Shown here piece by piece: positions 40,047-49,066 of a stretch of DNA of 52,588 nucleotides. A program made the position numbers and the translations under genes. How positions within the stretch are numbered: the stretch's first letter is position 1; each line of letters starts with the position of its first letter. This DNA is from Methanobacteriota archaeon (GTDB lineage: Archaea > Thermoplasmatota > Thermoplasmata > RBG-16-68-12 > SOIM01), in NCBI GenBank assembly GCA_020345725.1, contig CP070767.1:179215-231802 (forward strand). The letters are read 5' to 3'. Below the pieces are notes generated by a model. The model saw only the letters and a list, made by a program, of their open reading frames with translations. It was not told the origin of the DNA and searched no databases.

Positions 40047-41255
40047 CTATTGGGAAGGTTCAGGTTCGGGTTCAGTTCCAACAAGTTGTTCGACCAGTTG
40101 CACAAGGTCCATCGTCTTGATGTCGAGTCCTGCCTTCTTCGCACCTGCGTTGAGATTGACAACACAGAAAGGACAAGGTGTCACTATTAACTCAGCACCC
40201 GTCTCCACGGCCTCCCGTACCCTTCCTACAGCTATGTTCTCAGCCTGCTCATTGAAGGCTATCTTGAAACCTCCCCCGGCACCGCAGCAACGGGATTTCT
40301 CCCTTCTTCTCGGCATCTCTAGTAGCTCAAGGCCAGGTATCTTCTCGAGGACCTTCCTGGGTTCGTCAAAGACTCCTGCATGCCTTCCAAGATGGCATGG
40401 GTCGTGGTACACTACCTTCTTGTTGAACTCTTTCGTGAACTTGAGCTTCTTCTCCTTAATCAACTTCCAGATGTACTCGCTGATGTGGTAAACGTCAAAG
40501 GGTCTGTAGCCGACCAAGGCCGGGTAGTTCTCTTTGATGGTCTTATAGCAGCCAGCACATGCCGTGACAAGTTCCTTTACCCCTCTCCTCTCCACCTGAT
40601 GGATGTTATGCTGGATGTATTCCTCCTTCACCTTGTCCCCCAGACCCGTTCTGAGCAAAGGAGAGCCGCAACACCACTCGTCCGGTCCCAAGACGGTAAA
40701 CTCGACACCTGCAGCTTGAAGGATCTTCACCGTCGCTTGAGCAAGGAACTGCATTCGATAGGAGGCAGTGCAACCCACAAAATACGCCACGTCCGGATTG
40801 TCCGAGAGCTTCGTTCCCTCGGGTACCCAATTCCCACGCTTATCCAATAGGTCCTTCTCCGGGTCGTTGGCATCGAAGAATGGATTCCTCTTGTTTGGAT
40901 CGTAGATCCTCTTCCTCAGTTCCTTGTGACCTGGCAAGGGATCCATTCCATTGTGCGCAAGCCATTCCTTGACATCCTCCCACACCTCTGAGAGCTTGAT
41001 CTCGACATGGCAGACCTCATCGCATATGCCACAAGATGTGCAGTGGAACAGAGTCTCGTAAAATGATTGGTCCTGGTCCTTTTTCTTTCTGTTCTCAAAG
41101 AAACCTCTCTCCCCCATCCTCTTGAGGTAGAATATCTTGCCTCTGGGACAATCGGCCTCCCATCCGAACTGATCATAGGCAGGGCAAGTTGCCTTACAGT
41201 AGCCACACTGCAGACAGGAATACAGGTCCAGGTCAATGTCAGCAACTTTGTCCAA
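40047..41255 (-). CDS. HdrD/GlcF-like iron-sulfur protein: 2x[4Fe-4S] plus two CCG domains (402 aa, TTG start)
   Basis: CLQCGYCKATCP and CTSCGICDEVCH. FVGCTASY...WCCGSP and YHDPCHLGR...RCCGAGGG...CPFC. SD GGAGGATGA precedes the TTG. Lies 4 nt after the flavoenzyme gene. Confidence 0.85.
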   Translation of the reverse strand: MDKVADIDLDLYSCLQCGYCKATCPAYDQFGWEADCPRGKIFYLKRMGERGFFENRKKKDQDQSFYETLFHCTSCGICDEVCHVEIKLSEVWEDVKEWLAHNGMDPLPGHKELRKRIYDPNKRNPFFDANDPEKDLLDKRGNWVPEGTKLSDNPDVAYFVGCTASYRMQFLAQATVKILQAAGVEFTVLGPDEWCCGSPLLRTGLGDKVKEEYIQHNIHQVERRGVKELVTACAGCYKTIKENYPALVGYRPFDVYHISEYIWKLIKEKKLKFTKEFNKKVVYHDPCHLGRHAGVFDEPRKVLEKIPGLELLEMPRRREKSRCCGAGGGFKIAFNEQAENIAVGRVREAVETGAELIVTPCPFCVVNLNAGAKKAGLDIKTMDLVQLVEQLVGTEPEPEPSQ

Positions 41256-41259
41256 TCAT

Positions 41260-44004
41260 TCATCCTCCGGTTTGAGATCCGGCAATCTTGGTTCTTGGCA
41301 GAGCCTTCTTCATCATTCCCAATAGGTTCAGGCCGATATTCATCAGAAAACCTGGGATGGGAATTCCCCATTTGATTCTCATTTCAGTCATCTTCCCAGG
41401 GTTCATGATATTATCAATGTCGATTATCTCTTTAATATTGCGAATTATGCGAGCTCCTTCCTTTCCATGAAGGTTGTTTAGGTTCCAAGCGAACCAGACA
41501 CCCAGGCCAGAGGGTCGTCCATCCAATTTGACGGCCTCATCGATAATCCTCTTCACGAAACCCATTGAAGCGAGGCTCTCTATGGCAAACCTCTCATTTG
41601 ACAGGTAGAATGGCATGAATGCGACCGAGTTCCTGTCGACTACAACGCCTCTCAGGGTGGACATTATCTTCATCTCCCTGCTTATCTTCGCAGCTCTGCT
41701 GAGCATCTCCGCAAGGCGCGTGGTTGGGATGACCCCCTCTCCAATCGTCCCACCTGGACCCAGTCTCCTTATTCTCATCTCGTAAGATCTCTCTTTCCAC
41801 TCATGAGTTGCCAGTTCTTCGGACTCCTTCTTCCCCCCGCTCTCAACCATTAGCTTATCGAGGGACTTCTCATTGACTTCATTGACTGCAGCAGAATCTC
41901 TGAGTGCAATGCTCAATAGCGAACCCACCTCGGGCGCCTCCTTTCCCAGCATTCTGAGAAACTCGAAGTTCTTCTCGTCATAGAACCCAATATTGTATGG
42001 GGTGATGTTCGATTGTGATATCTTCATCAAGGGTTGTTGCAGTGCCATTGCGTTCTTGAAGGAATATGCCAGGGGCCTGGTTTCTTCTGCCAGCGGATAC
42101 AGCTTCACCGCCACTTCGGTTACGATGCCCAGACTTCCCTCCGAACCCGAAAAAAGAGCATTGAGATCGTACCCAGGGCCTCTGTTGGAGCATCCTCCTG
42201 ACTCTGTGTCTATCATTCCTCCGTTGCTCATGACAGCTTTCAAGAATCCGACCTGTGAGTATGCCGTCCCGTACTTGTATGACCCAACTCCCGCACCGCC
42301 AGTGTTTGTCCAGCCACCAATCGTCGCAACAGGAGCGCTTGAGGGGCAAGCACCTATCATGAGACCTTTCCTTTCTACCTGTGTGTACAACTCCTCCCAT
42401 GTGACAGAAGGCTCGCAGTAGGCCAACATCCTATCCTCATCGATGTCCAAGACTTCTCTCATTGAAGACAGATCCAGCAATATTCCACCCTGGGTGGCTA
42501 TTGCGCCTCCGAATCCCCAACTCCCGCCTCCTCGGCCAATCAATGGGATCTTATTCTCCCTGGACAATTGAACGATTGCAGCTATCTGCTCTGCGTTCTG
42601 GGGCCTTGCCACTGCATCCGGAATCATATCAAATGCGATTTCCACAAGCTTCGGAAGGGGTGCCAGATCGTGAGTGTAGTAGTATTTCGTAAACTCGTCA
42701 AACGCCACATTCTGTTCTCCAACAATGGATTCCAATCTCTTTCTGAGCCGAGCGTTCAAGACACCCTTCTTGGGTGGCCAGGATTTCTTGAGGCGAGATC
42801 TTGAGATCTTCTTCCTCCACGTGCCTACGTCCTTTTGGAGAGCATACTTGGAGATGATTCTGTCCATTGCAGGTGAAGCGATCCTTCCCTTGCTGTCAGC
42901 CCCTGTCTTTATCGATGCCATCGTCCTTCCAACTGGACCTCCATCCTCCTTCTGGGTTTGACTCTCTATCCATGAACTCAGATCTTTGCGGTAGCCTCCC
43001 ACAGAGGGGAGCAGTTTCCCAATCTTTGCCCTCAGATCGTTCAAATCCACCTTGGTCGAGACATCCTTGGGAAGGGATATCCCTACTGCAACGTATTGTC
43101 TATCAAGCAACAAGCACGAGAAGGCCAGAAGTGTGTTGATGCTGCTCGCACCAGAAAGGAAGCTGTTGAAAGAAGCGAGAGGAACAATGATCTTGTCCAC
43201 GAATGCATGACCCATATCGACCATCTTGTCCGAGAAGAATCTCCTCCTCCATCTTCCGTTTGAAACCTCGGTAGTCTCTCTCTTTCCATTGAGTCCCTCA
43301 AGTTCTGTGCTGATTCTCTCTTCCTCCACATTCAGGACGTCCTTGGGGCCAGCATAGGTTATGCCCAAGATGTTGGTGGGCTCCTTTCCCGAGTAAGAAG
43401 GCACAATCAAGAAGGAGATGTTGTATGGCGAAGTGCTCCCTCCAATCACTTTGTCAAGAGCTTCAAGAATCGTTTCAGGATTTGGGAAGGAGAATGTGAT
43501 CGGCAAAATGGCCTCCCATGAAGGTATGAGCTTCAGAGTGACCTGCGTCAATTTCCCCAATGTGTCGTATGAACCGACAAATAGTCTGTTGAGATCGTAC
43601 CCAGTACTGAAGTTCGATATCGGATGATAACCAGTATCGATTGTCTTCCCGCTACCAAGAACAATCCTGAGAGACCTCACCTGTTCTTCTGGTCCGCCTT
43701 GGGAGAAGCTTCCCATGCTTGGAAGGCGTTTTGATATCCATTCACCAATCGTCATTCCCTTGGACCCAGCCGGATAGGAGGCCAGCGTTCGGTTATGTTT
43801 TCTCAATGAGGAAAGCAACCCTGCGCAGGACGTGTCCGGAGTGCAAGTCACAAAAAAATTGTCGCTACTTATCCTGACGCTTTCTCCTGCCAAGGATTCT
43901 GACCCCCTTCCTCTTCTTGAGTGCACAGACAGATTCATCAGTTTTTCTAGCGTCTGGACACTACCCATTTGGGTGCTTTTGGGTTCGAATCGGAGTAATG
44001 CCAT
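41260..44004 (-). CDS. FAD-linked oxidase, tandem GlcE-like (degenerate) plus GlcD-like modules (914 aa); D-lactate/glycolate dehydrogenase family
   Basis: The C-terminal module has an intact PCMH FAD-binding domain (PDAVARPQNAEQIAAIV...IPLIGRGGGSWGFGG...GGWTNTGGAGVGSYKYG...GYDLNALFSGSEGSLGIVTEVAVKLYP). The N-terminal ~400 aa repeat the fold (MTIGEWIS...GYDLNRLFVGSYDTLGKLTQVTLKLIP) but lack the GxGG loop. Confidence 0.75.
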   Translation of the reverse strand: MALLRFEPKSTQMGSVQTLEKLMNLSVHSRRGRGSESLAGESVRISSDNFFVTCTPDTSCAGLLSSLRKHNRTLASYPAGSKGMTIGEWISKRLPSMGSFSQGGPEEQVRSLRIVLGSGKTIDTGYHPISNFSTGYDLNRLFVGSYDTLGKLTQVTLKLIPSWEAILPITFSFPNPETILEALDKVIGGSTSPYNISFLIVPSYSGKEPTNILGITYAGPKDVLNVEEERISTELEGLNGKRETTEVSNGRWRRRFFSDKMVDMGHAFVDKIIVPLASFNSFLSGASSINTLLAFSCLLLDRQYVAVGISLPKDVSTKVDLNDLRAKIGKLLPSVGGYRKDLSSWIESQTQKEDGGPVGRTMASIKTGADSKGRIASPAMDRIISKYALQKDVGTWRKKISRSRLKKSWPPKKGVLNARLRKRLESIVGEQNVAFDEFTKYYYTHDLAPLPKLVEIAFDMIPDAVARPQNAEQIAAIVQLSRENKIPLIGRGGGSWGFGGAIATQGGILLDLSSMREVLDIDEDRMLAYCEPSVTWEELYTQVERKGLMIGACPSSAPVATIGGWTNTGGAGVGSYKYGTAYSQVGFLKAVMSNGGMIDTESGGCSNRGPGYDLNALFSGSEGSLGIVTEVAVKLYPLAEETRPLAYSFKNAMALQQPLMKISQSNITPYNIGFYDEKNFEFLRMLGKEAPEVGSLLSIALRDSAAVNEVNEKSLDKLMVESGGKKESEELATHEWKERSYEMRIRRLGPGGTIGEGVIPTTRLAEMLSRAAKISREMKIMSTLRGVVVDRNSVAFMPFYLSNERFAIESLASMGFVKRIIDEAVKLDGRPSGLGVWFAWNLNNLHGKEGARIIRNIKEIIDIDNIMNPGKMTEMRIKWGIPIPGFLMNIGLNLLGMMKKALPRTKIAGSQTGG

Positions 44005-44081
44005 TGTTCTATTTAAGTTTAGAGTAATTCGTAAATTTGGCGTCTAATCTCGTCGATTTCAGTAGGGTATCTCTCGACTAA

Positions 44082-44999
44082 CTAGAAGGGATATTGCTTT
44101 CCCAAAACCTCGGTAGATGCCAATGCAGCCTGTGCTCCTTGAGCACAAGAAGTCACAATCTGTCTAGCTCCCCCGGTGATGTCCCCCGCGGCATACACAC
44201 CCTTCACATTCGTTCGCTGAAAATCATCCACTTTGATATAGCCGTTATCGTCAACTTCTACACCGAGATCTCTTACAAGCCCTGTATTGGGGATCAGTCC
44301 AATGGACACGAATGCACCATCGAAATTCTCAGTCCTTCTCTCTTCGGTATTCACGTCCTTCAGTTCAATGCTTTCGAGCTTCTCGTCTCCGTTGAAACAA
44401 CAGACCACGGTATCGTAAACAATATTGACCCCTTTCTTCTCAAGCTCTTCCTGGTATCTCATTTCCGCTCTCAATTGATCTCTTCTGTGTATCATATGAA
44501 CATCCATTCCTAAATTCTTCAGATACAGGGCCTCAACTGCTGCCGTATTCCCTCCTCCGACCACGGCCACCTTCTTGTCCCTGAAAAAGAAACCGTCACA
44601 TGTCGCACAATAGGAGATACCTTTGCCAGAGAACTTCCTCTCCCCTGGTACACCCAAGGTTCGGTAGATTGCACCTGTTGCGAAGACCACTGCTTTGACC
44701 TCGTACTTGCCCTTGGAGGTTACAATGCCAAAACCTTCTTCCGTTTTGGTCAAGCTCTTGACAGGTTCCAGTTCATGGGGCTCTATGTACTTCTTCAGAT
44801 GATTCTTGAATATCTCTGCTAGGTCCATGCCTGAGATGTTCTCGTAGCCTGGGTAGTTCTCGATCCATGGAGATACGACTATTTGGCCACCAACCAACTT
44901 TTCTTCCAGAACAATGGTTGAGATGCCTGCTCGGACCGCATAGATGCCTGCAGCCACTCCAGCTGGACCAGCTCCGATAACAGCCAGCTCGTAATCCAT
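44082..44999 (-). CDS. trxB: Thioredoxin reductase (305 aa from ATG 44999)
   Basis: VIGAGPAG, redox-active CATCDG, GGGNTAAVEALYL and HRRDQLR (an NADPH-type motif). Confidence 0.88.
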   Translation of the reverse strand: MDYELAVIGAGPAGVAAGIYAVRAGISTIVLEEKLVGGQIVVSPWIENYPGYENISGMDLAEIFKNHLKKYIEPHELEPVKSLTKTEEGFGIVTSKGKYEVKAVVFATGAIYRTLGVPGERKFSGKGISYCATCDGFFFRDKKVAVVGGGNTAAVEALYLKNLGMDVHMIHRRDQLRAEMRYQEELEKKGVNIVYDTVVCCFNGDEKLESIELKDVNTEERRTENFDGAFVSIGLIPNTGLVRDLGVEVDDNGYIKVDDFQRTNVKGVYAAGDITGGARQIVTSCAQGAQAALASTEVLGKQYPF

Positions 45000-45030
45000 G
45001 GTCAAACCCTCACAAGTAATGGTTTCCCGC

Positions 45031-45037
45031 TATTTAA
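45031..45037 (-). promoter_or_regulatory. TATA-like box (TTAAATA on the minus strand) ~35 nt upstream of the trxB ATG
   Basis: Located in the 55-nt spacer. It is immediately preceded, on the minus strand, by CTTTTT, which could terminate the upstream Mo-enzyme gene. Confidence 0.3.
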
Positions 45038-45054
45038 GGAAAAAGTCTTTCCAA

Positions 45055-45618
45055 CTAGGAATACCTCTCCTCCTTCCAAGGGTCGGCAGAGTCGCTGTAT
45101 CCCCTCTTCTCCCAGAATCCCAGTTCTTTCTCTTCTGTGAACACGACCTTCCTCACCCATTTCGCGCTCTTGTATGCGTATTTCTTGGGAATGACCAATC
45201 TCAAAGGGCCACCATGCTCAGGCTGCAAAGCTTCGCCTTCAAATCCGAATGCCAGAAGAACCTCATCATCCATCATATCCTCAAGTGGCAAGCTTGTTGT
45301 GTACCCCTCTTCCGCAATCACGGTCACGAAATGTGCATCCGCCTTGGGGTTGGCAAGCTTCACTATCTCGCTGAATCTCACTCCCTCCCACTCGTTGTCC
45401 AATCTGCTCCATCCAGTTACGCAGTGGAAGTCACTCGTAACTTTCACACTTGGAAGGTCATTGAACTCTTTCCAGTTCATTGTCACAGAATTCTCAACAA
45501 GACCTTCGACCCGGAAGTCCCACTCCTTATCATTGAATTCTGGGACGCTCCCTTCGTGAAGGACAGGAAACTTCTTCGTGGTCCTCTGGCCGGGTGGTAT
45601 TCTCTCCTTTTCATTCAT
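45055..45618 (-). CDS. Small sulfite-oxidase-fold molybdopterin oxidoreductase domain protein (187 aa)
   Basis: DFHCVTGWS (Mo-ligand Cys context) and HGGPLRLVIPKKYAYKSAKWV. Its start abuts the mobB stop (TGAATG). Confidence 0.75.
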   Translation of the reverse strand: MNEKERIPPGQRTTKKFPVLHEGSVPEFNDKEWDFRVEGLVENSVTMNWKEFNDLPSVKVTSDFHCVTGWSRLDNEWEGVRFSEIVKLANPKADAHFVTVIAEEGYTTSLPLEDMMDDEVLLAFGFEGEALQPEHGGPLRLVIPKKYAYKSAKWVRKVVFTEEKELGFWEKRGYSDSADPWKEERYS

Positions 45619-46329
45619 TCATACCCCCCCCTTTGCAGGGCTTTGAACCTCAATAGTAGCAGAATCGAAATCCCCTACTCCCCTCAGCGAATTGAGCATG
45701 GCTAGGACGGCATTTCCAAAAATCTCTGCAGGGAATTTCTTCAAGGGAATCTTCTTACCATCCACTGTCACACATATGCTCTTCCTACCATAGTGCTTGC
45801 AGTCCTCCGTCTTTGCATCTTTGGACATGACCCTTTCTGCAAAGGTAGCACAGTCAAAACCGCAGTCCTCGCAGTCAAGTAGCGGAAGATGATTATAGAC
45901 CCTCTCAAACTCTATCTTGGATTTGATGTATTCCACTATGTCGTCTTCGTTCTCTTTGAGCCTAAAGACAGTGTTCTCCCCTTCTTCGATATCTCCAACC
46001 GCTACCTTCGGATAGGTTGAAGACTTGTAACCTTCCACCAGGATTACATCGGTATCAATGTTCTTCTGGATAGCGTCTATGATTTTCTCAAGCGGCACTG
46101 TCCTCTTCAACATGAAGCTGGTTTCCTGGTCACCACCTGCCACCAACAGCTGGGCTCCTGCCTCAGCATGTCTCCATGTGTCCTTTCCTTCCGTGTCAAT
46201 TGTGAAACCCTCTTTCTTGATGTGCTTCACCGTTACGACAGAGTGACCTTCCTCGGTTAAACGACGGACTATCTTCTCAATCAGAGTGGTCTTTCCAGAT
46301 TTCGATCTTCCGTAGATGTTCAGAATCAT
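45619..46329 (-). CDS. mobB: Molybdopterin-guanine dinucleotide biosynthesis protein MobB fused to a Cys-rich Fe-S-like domain (236 aa)
   Basis: P-loop YGRSKSGKTT near the N-terminus. The C-terminal LPLLDCEDCGFDCATFAERV...DCKHY resembles the putative Fe-S domain seen at the N-termini of RnfB and CdhE/AcsC. Confidence 0.75.
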   Translation of the reverse strand: MILNIYGRSKSGKTTLIEKIVRRLTEEGHSVVTVKHIKKEGFTIDTEGKDTWRHAEAGAQLLVAGGDQETSFMLKRTVPLEKIIDAIQKNIDTDVILVEGYKSSTYPKVAVGDIEEGENTVFRLKENEDDIVEYIKSKIEFERVYNHLPLLDCEDCGFDCATFAERVMSKDAKTEDCKHYGRKSICVTVDGKKIPLKKFPAEIFGNAVLAMLNSLRGVGDFDSATIEVQSPAKGGV

Positions 46330-46392
46330 GACACAACCCCATGTTGAACATACAAACCTCGGCTAAAATCATTTCGAAGTTGAGTCCCAAAA

Positions 46393-46422
46393 GCCCAGAT
46401 GAAGAGACGTCTCCTCATCTGG
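46393..46422. repeat. 30-nt near-perfect palindrome CCCAGATGAAGAGACGTCTCCTCATCTGGG (13 of 14 arm positions pair)
   Basis: Read directly in the 303-nt non-coding spacer between pssA (end 46633) and mobB (start 46329). Function is unknown (hairpin or binding site). Confidence 0.5.
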
Positions 46423-46632
46423 GTTACCACAACGACTGCCGTTACAGCTCCGTCAAGTATTTCCAGGAAGTAGAATGATTTTAATCTTTCGGTATTATTT
46501 CAGGCTCTCATGTGAATGTGGCTATGAAAGATTCGAATATTTGACAAAATGACAAGATTTTTCCACAGGCAAGGCAGTTTCGACCATTAGAATGAAGTCT
46601 CCTTCTCTGGCGAACACTTCCGTGGATTGGGA

Positions 46633-47409
46633 CTAGGATCTCTCACTGCCTATGGCTTCTGCCGAGACCCCTTCAACATCTCCTCCTCTCGTAGCAAGGA
46701 AAGGTCCAGCAACCACGTACAGAATACCTAATGAAAGGGCCGCAGTAGCAAGAACTACGCCAATCACTGGCTCTAATCTTGTCAGCTTAATGATGGAAAC
46801 TAGTATCAACAATCCAAGAGCCACTCCAGCCCAGATCTTCAGCGTTCCTTCGATCTTCACATATCCTATCTCACTGACCACGAGTATCGAAGTCAGAGTC
46901 GCAATCAGAAGTAGTGGATACTGGAAGCTGTCCCAGATAAGACCGCTTTTGCCAATAAGCAGGCACAGTGCAACAATCAAGAAGGTGTTTGCCGCAGTGG
47001 GGAGGCCCACGAAATGAGAAGTGGGAGATTTCCTGGAAGCATATCTTGCCAGGTGAATCACGCCCGCCACAACAACAATCCCAGGGACGATTACAGCAAG
47101 AGCATTGTCGATTGAGACCAAGGCTGATCCTTTGGAGAGATCGTAGAACGTGGAATACAGAAGGATGGCGGGTGCGAAACAGAATGAAATCGTGTCTGAA
47201 GAAATGTCTAAGTGGCGGCCCAGACTGTGCTTTGTTCCGAATCTCCGAGCAACAACTCCGTCCAATCCGTCAAGAACGATTGCCAGGACCAGGAAGACGT
47301 AAGCAAACAAGAACTTGCCATCGATGATGTAGGTTATGGCAATGAACCCTGAGACTCCGTTTCCTATCGTCAGGAGATCTGCATAAGAAACCTTCCTAAG
47401 CCAAGTCAT
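46633..47409 (-). CDS. pssA: CDP-alcohol phosphatidyltransferase, likely archaetidylserine synthase (258 aa from ATG 47409; the ORF track starts at TTG 47418)
   Basis: DGLDGVVARRFGTKHSLGRHLDISSD matches D-G-x2-A-R-x8-G-x3-D-x3-D. Multi-TM protein. Overlaps and follows the psd-like gene. Confidence 0.75.
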   Translation of the reverse strand: MTWLRKVSYADLLTIGNGVSGFIAITYIIDGKFLFAYVFLVLAIVLDGLDGVVARRFGTKHSLGRHLDISSDTISFCFAPAILLYSTFYDLSKGSALVSIDNALAVIVPGIVVVAGVIHLARYASRKSPTSHFVGLPTAANTFLIVALCLLIGKSGLIWDSFQYPLLLIATLTSILVVSEIGYVKIEGTLKIWAGVALGLLILVSIIKLTRLEPVIGVVLATAALSLGILYVVAGPFLATRGGDVEGVSAEAIGSERS

Positions 47410-48013
47410 AGACCACAACCCCTATCGAAGTCTCTCCGGCCTTGACCTTCTGCCCCTTCTTCACGATCATCCTGACACTCTCTGGCATTTCGACAGTAAC
47501 CCCTGATCCGAATGCGATCATGCCAATCCTCTGACCTTTTTGCAAGTACATTCCAGGCCTAACATACGGAATAATCCTCCTTGCCACAAGCCCGGCTGTC
47601 TGTATCACCTTCACAGGTCCAATCTTGGACATGATGGTTGTCTCCACTCTCTCGTTCTTTTCAGCCTTCTCCGAATAGGCAGGTGAATGGCGTCCAGAGA
47701 ATCTCTCCACCTTCAGGACTCTGCCCCCAATGGGGGCTCGGTTCACATGGACGTTATGGATGTTCATGAAGATGGATAGTGATCCCCGCTTCTGGTCTAC
47801 TCTGAGGACCTTTCCGTCCGCAGGAGACACTACTCCCTTTCCTATTGCTCTTGGTGGGTCTCTGTAGAACAGCATCATCAGGATGGCAATCAGAAAGAAG
47901 GCGTTGGCAACGAAATAGAGAGGAAAGGACTTGTACTGGATGGATGCGACAGTTGCAAAGATCCCGATTAGGAGAGGAATGGCTATCCAATAGATGGTAC
48001 CCTTGGCAATCAC
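47396..48013 (-). CDS. psd: Phosphatidyl/archaetidylserine decarboxylase-like proenzyme (205 aa, GTG start)
   Basis: Two N-terminal TM helices, a short-form PSD-like core, and a Gly-Ser site (IAFGSGV) near the C-terminus. Genomic pairing with pssA. Confidence 0.6.
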   Translation of the reverse strand: MIAKGTIYWIAIPLLIGIFATVASIQYKSFPLYFVANAFFLIAILMMLFYRDPPRAIGKGVVSPADGKVLRVDQKRGSLSIFMNIHNVHVNRAPIGGRVLKVERFSGRHSPAYSEKAEKNERVETTIMSKIGPVKVIQTAGLVARRIIPYVRPGMYLQKGQRIGMIAFGSGVTVEMPESVRMIVKKGQKVKAGETSIGVVVYDLA

Positions 48014-48059
48014 AACTTGGCAACAAAGGAATGGAATTAAAGTCTTTTCCCTTTCGTTT

Positions 48060-48716
48060 TCAATTGCTCAGAACGATTTTGGCGTCCACAACGATCAAAC
48101 CATCTTCTCTCGCCAAGACTGGGTTCAAGTCAAGTTGTTCCACTCGGTCTTTCATATCATCAGCCATTTTGGAGACATTGAGCAGTAAGTTCTTGATTGC
48201 CGTTCTATCAATGCGTATTCCTCGGAACCCTTCAAGAAGCTTGGCACCCTTGATTTCCGACATCATCTCTTCAGCGTCGTAGTCACTGATTGGCATTGTT
48301 CTGAATGTGACATCCTTGTACAGCTCAGCGAGAACTCCGCCCAAGCCGAACATGATGGTGGGACCGAACACTGAATCATTGACCACGCCAATGATGAGCT
48401 CCACTTCACCTTCTTCCATATGCTCGACGAGTAGAGCCTTGTTAGGGAATCTCCTTCTCAGTTCATCAATCGCATTGTTGAGTTCATCTCGATCCTTTAT
48501 GTCGAGCACAACTCCTTCCACATCCGTCTTGTGCAGAATCTCTTTGGAGCAGACTTTGGCAACAAGCGGAAATGGAAAGGGAACGGATTCGAGCTGTTCG
48601 CCATCCTCCACAACGATGAAGTTTGTAGTTGGGATTTTATGTTCTTTCAGCAAGGACTTCGTTTCATCCTCTCGCAGCACCGATCGGCTGTTCTGTTGTT
48701 CCAGCATTTCATCCAT
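48060..48716 (-). CDS. ATP-grasp domain protein resembling the beta subunit of ADP-forming acetyl-CoA synthetase (218 aa from ATG 48716)
   Basis: LREDETKSLLKEHKIPT, VAKVCSKEILHKTDVEGVVL, FGPTIMFGLGGVLAELYKDVTFR and DLNPV. No alpha subunit is present in the window. Confidence 0.7.
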   Translation of the reverse strand: MDEMLEQQNSRSVLREDETKSLLKEHKIPTTNFIVVEDGEQLESVPFPFPLVAKVCSKEILHKTDVEGVVLDIKDRDELNNAIDELRRRFPNKALLVEHMEEGEVELIIGVVNDSVFGPTIMFGLGGVLAELYKDVTFRTMPISDYDAEEMMSEIKGAKLLEGFRGIRIDRTAIKNLLLNVSKMADDMKDRVEQLDLNPVLAREDGLIVVDAKIVLSN

Positions 48717-49066
48717 GGTCCTGTCAGAGCATATTCTATGGATACAAATAACATTCTCTTGAAGGAGAATCAATCGACGTACAGATGCTCATACACTTCC
48801 TCGAAAAGACCCTTCCAGAAACAGTCCAGAGCCGTAGCTATGCTCGAAAACAAGGGCAACAAGTTAGGCATCACGCTTACTTAGCCACACCTGTCCTTCT
48901 CTTCTTACCCTTCTTCTTCTTCTTCGTATCCTTCTTCGGTTTCTCTTCGACCACATAATCGAAGGGGTTCTCTCTCATCATCATGCTAGCGACTCTAGCT
49001 TTCAAAAGCCGAGTAATATCCTAAAAAGAAATTGAGACGGTTATCATGCATGATAACACGAGAGGA

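Noticed and set aside
48877-48984. 35-codon minus-strand ORF MMMRENPFDYVVEEKPKKDTKKKKKGKKRRTGVAK in the spacer between the REC regulator and the ATP-grasp gene.
   Set aside because: It is an extremely low-complexity Lys tract with no convincing SD or promoter, and it can arise by chance in an AAG/CTT-rich spacer. I cannot support it as a gene without conservation or expression data.
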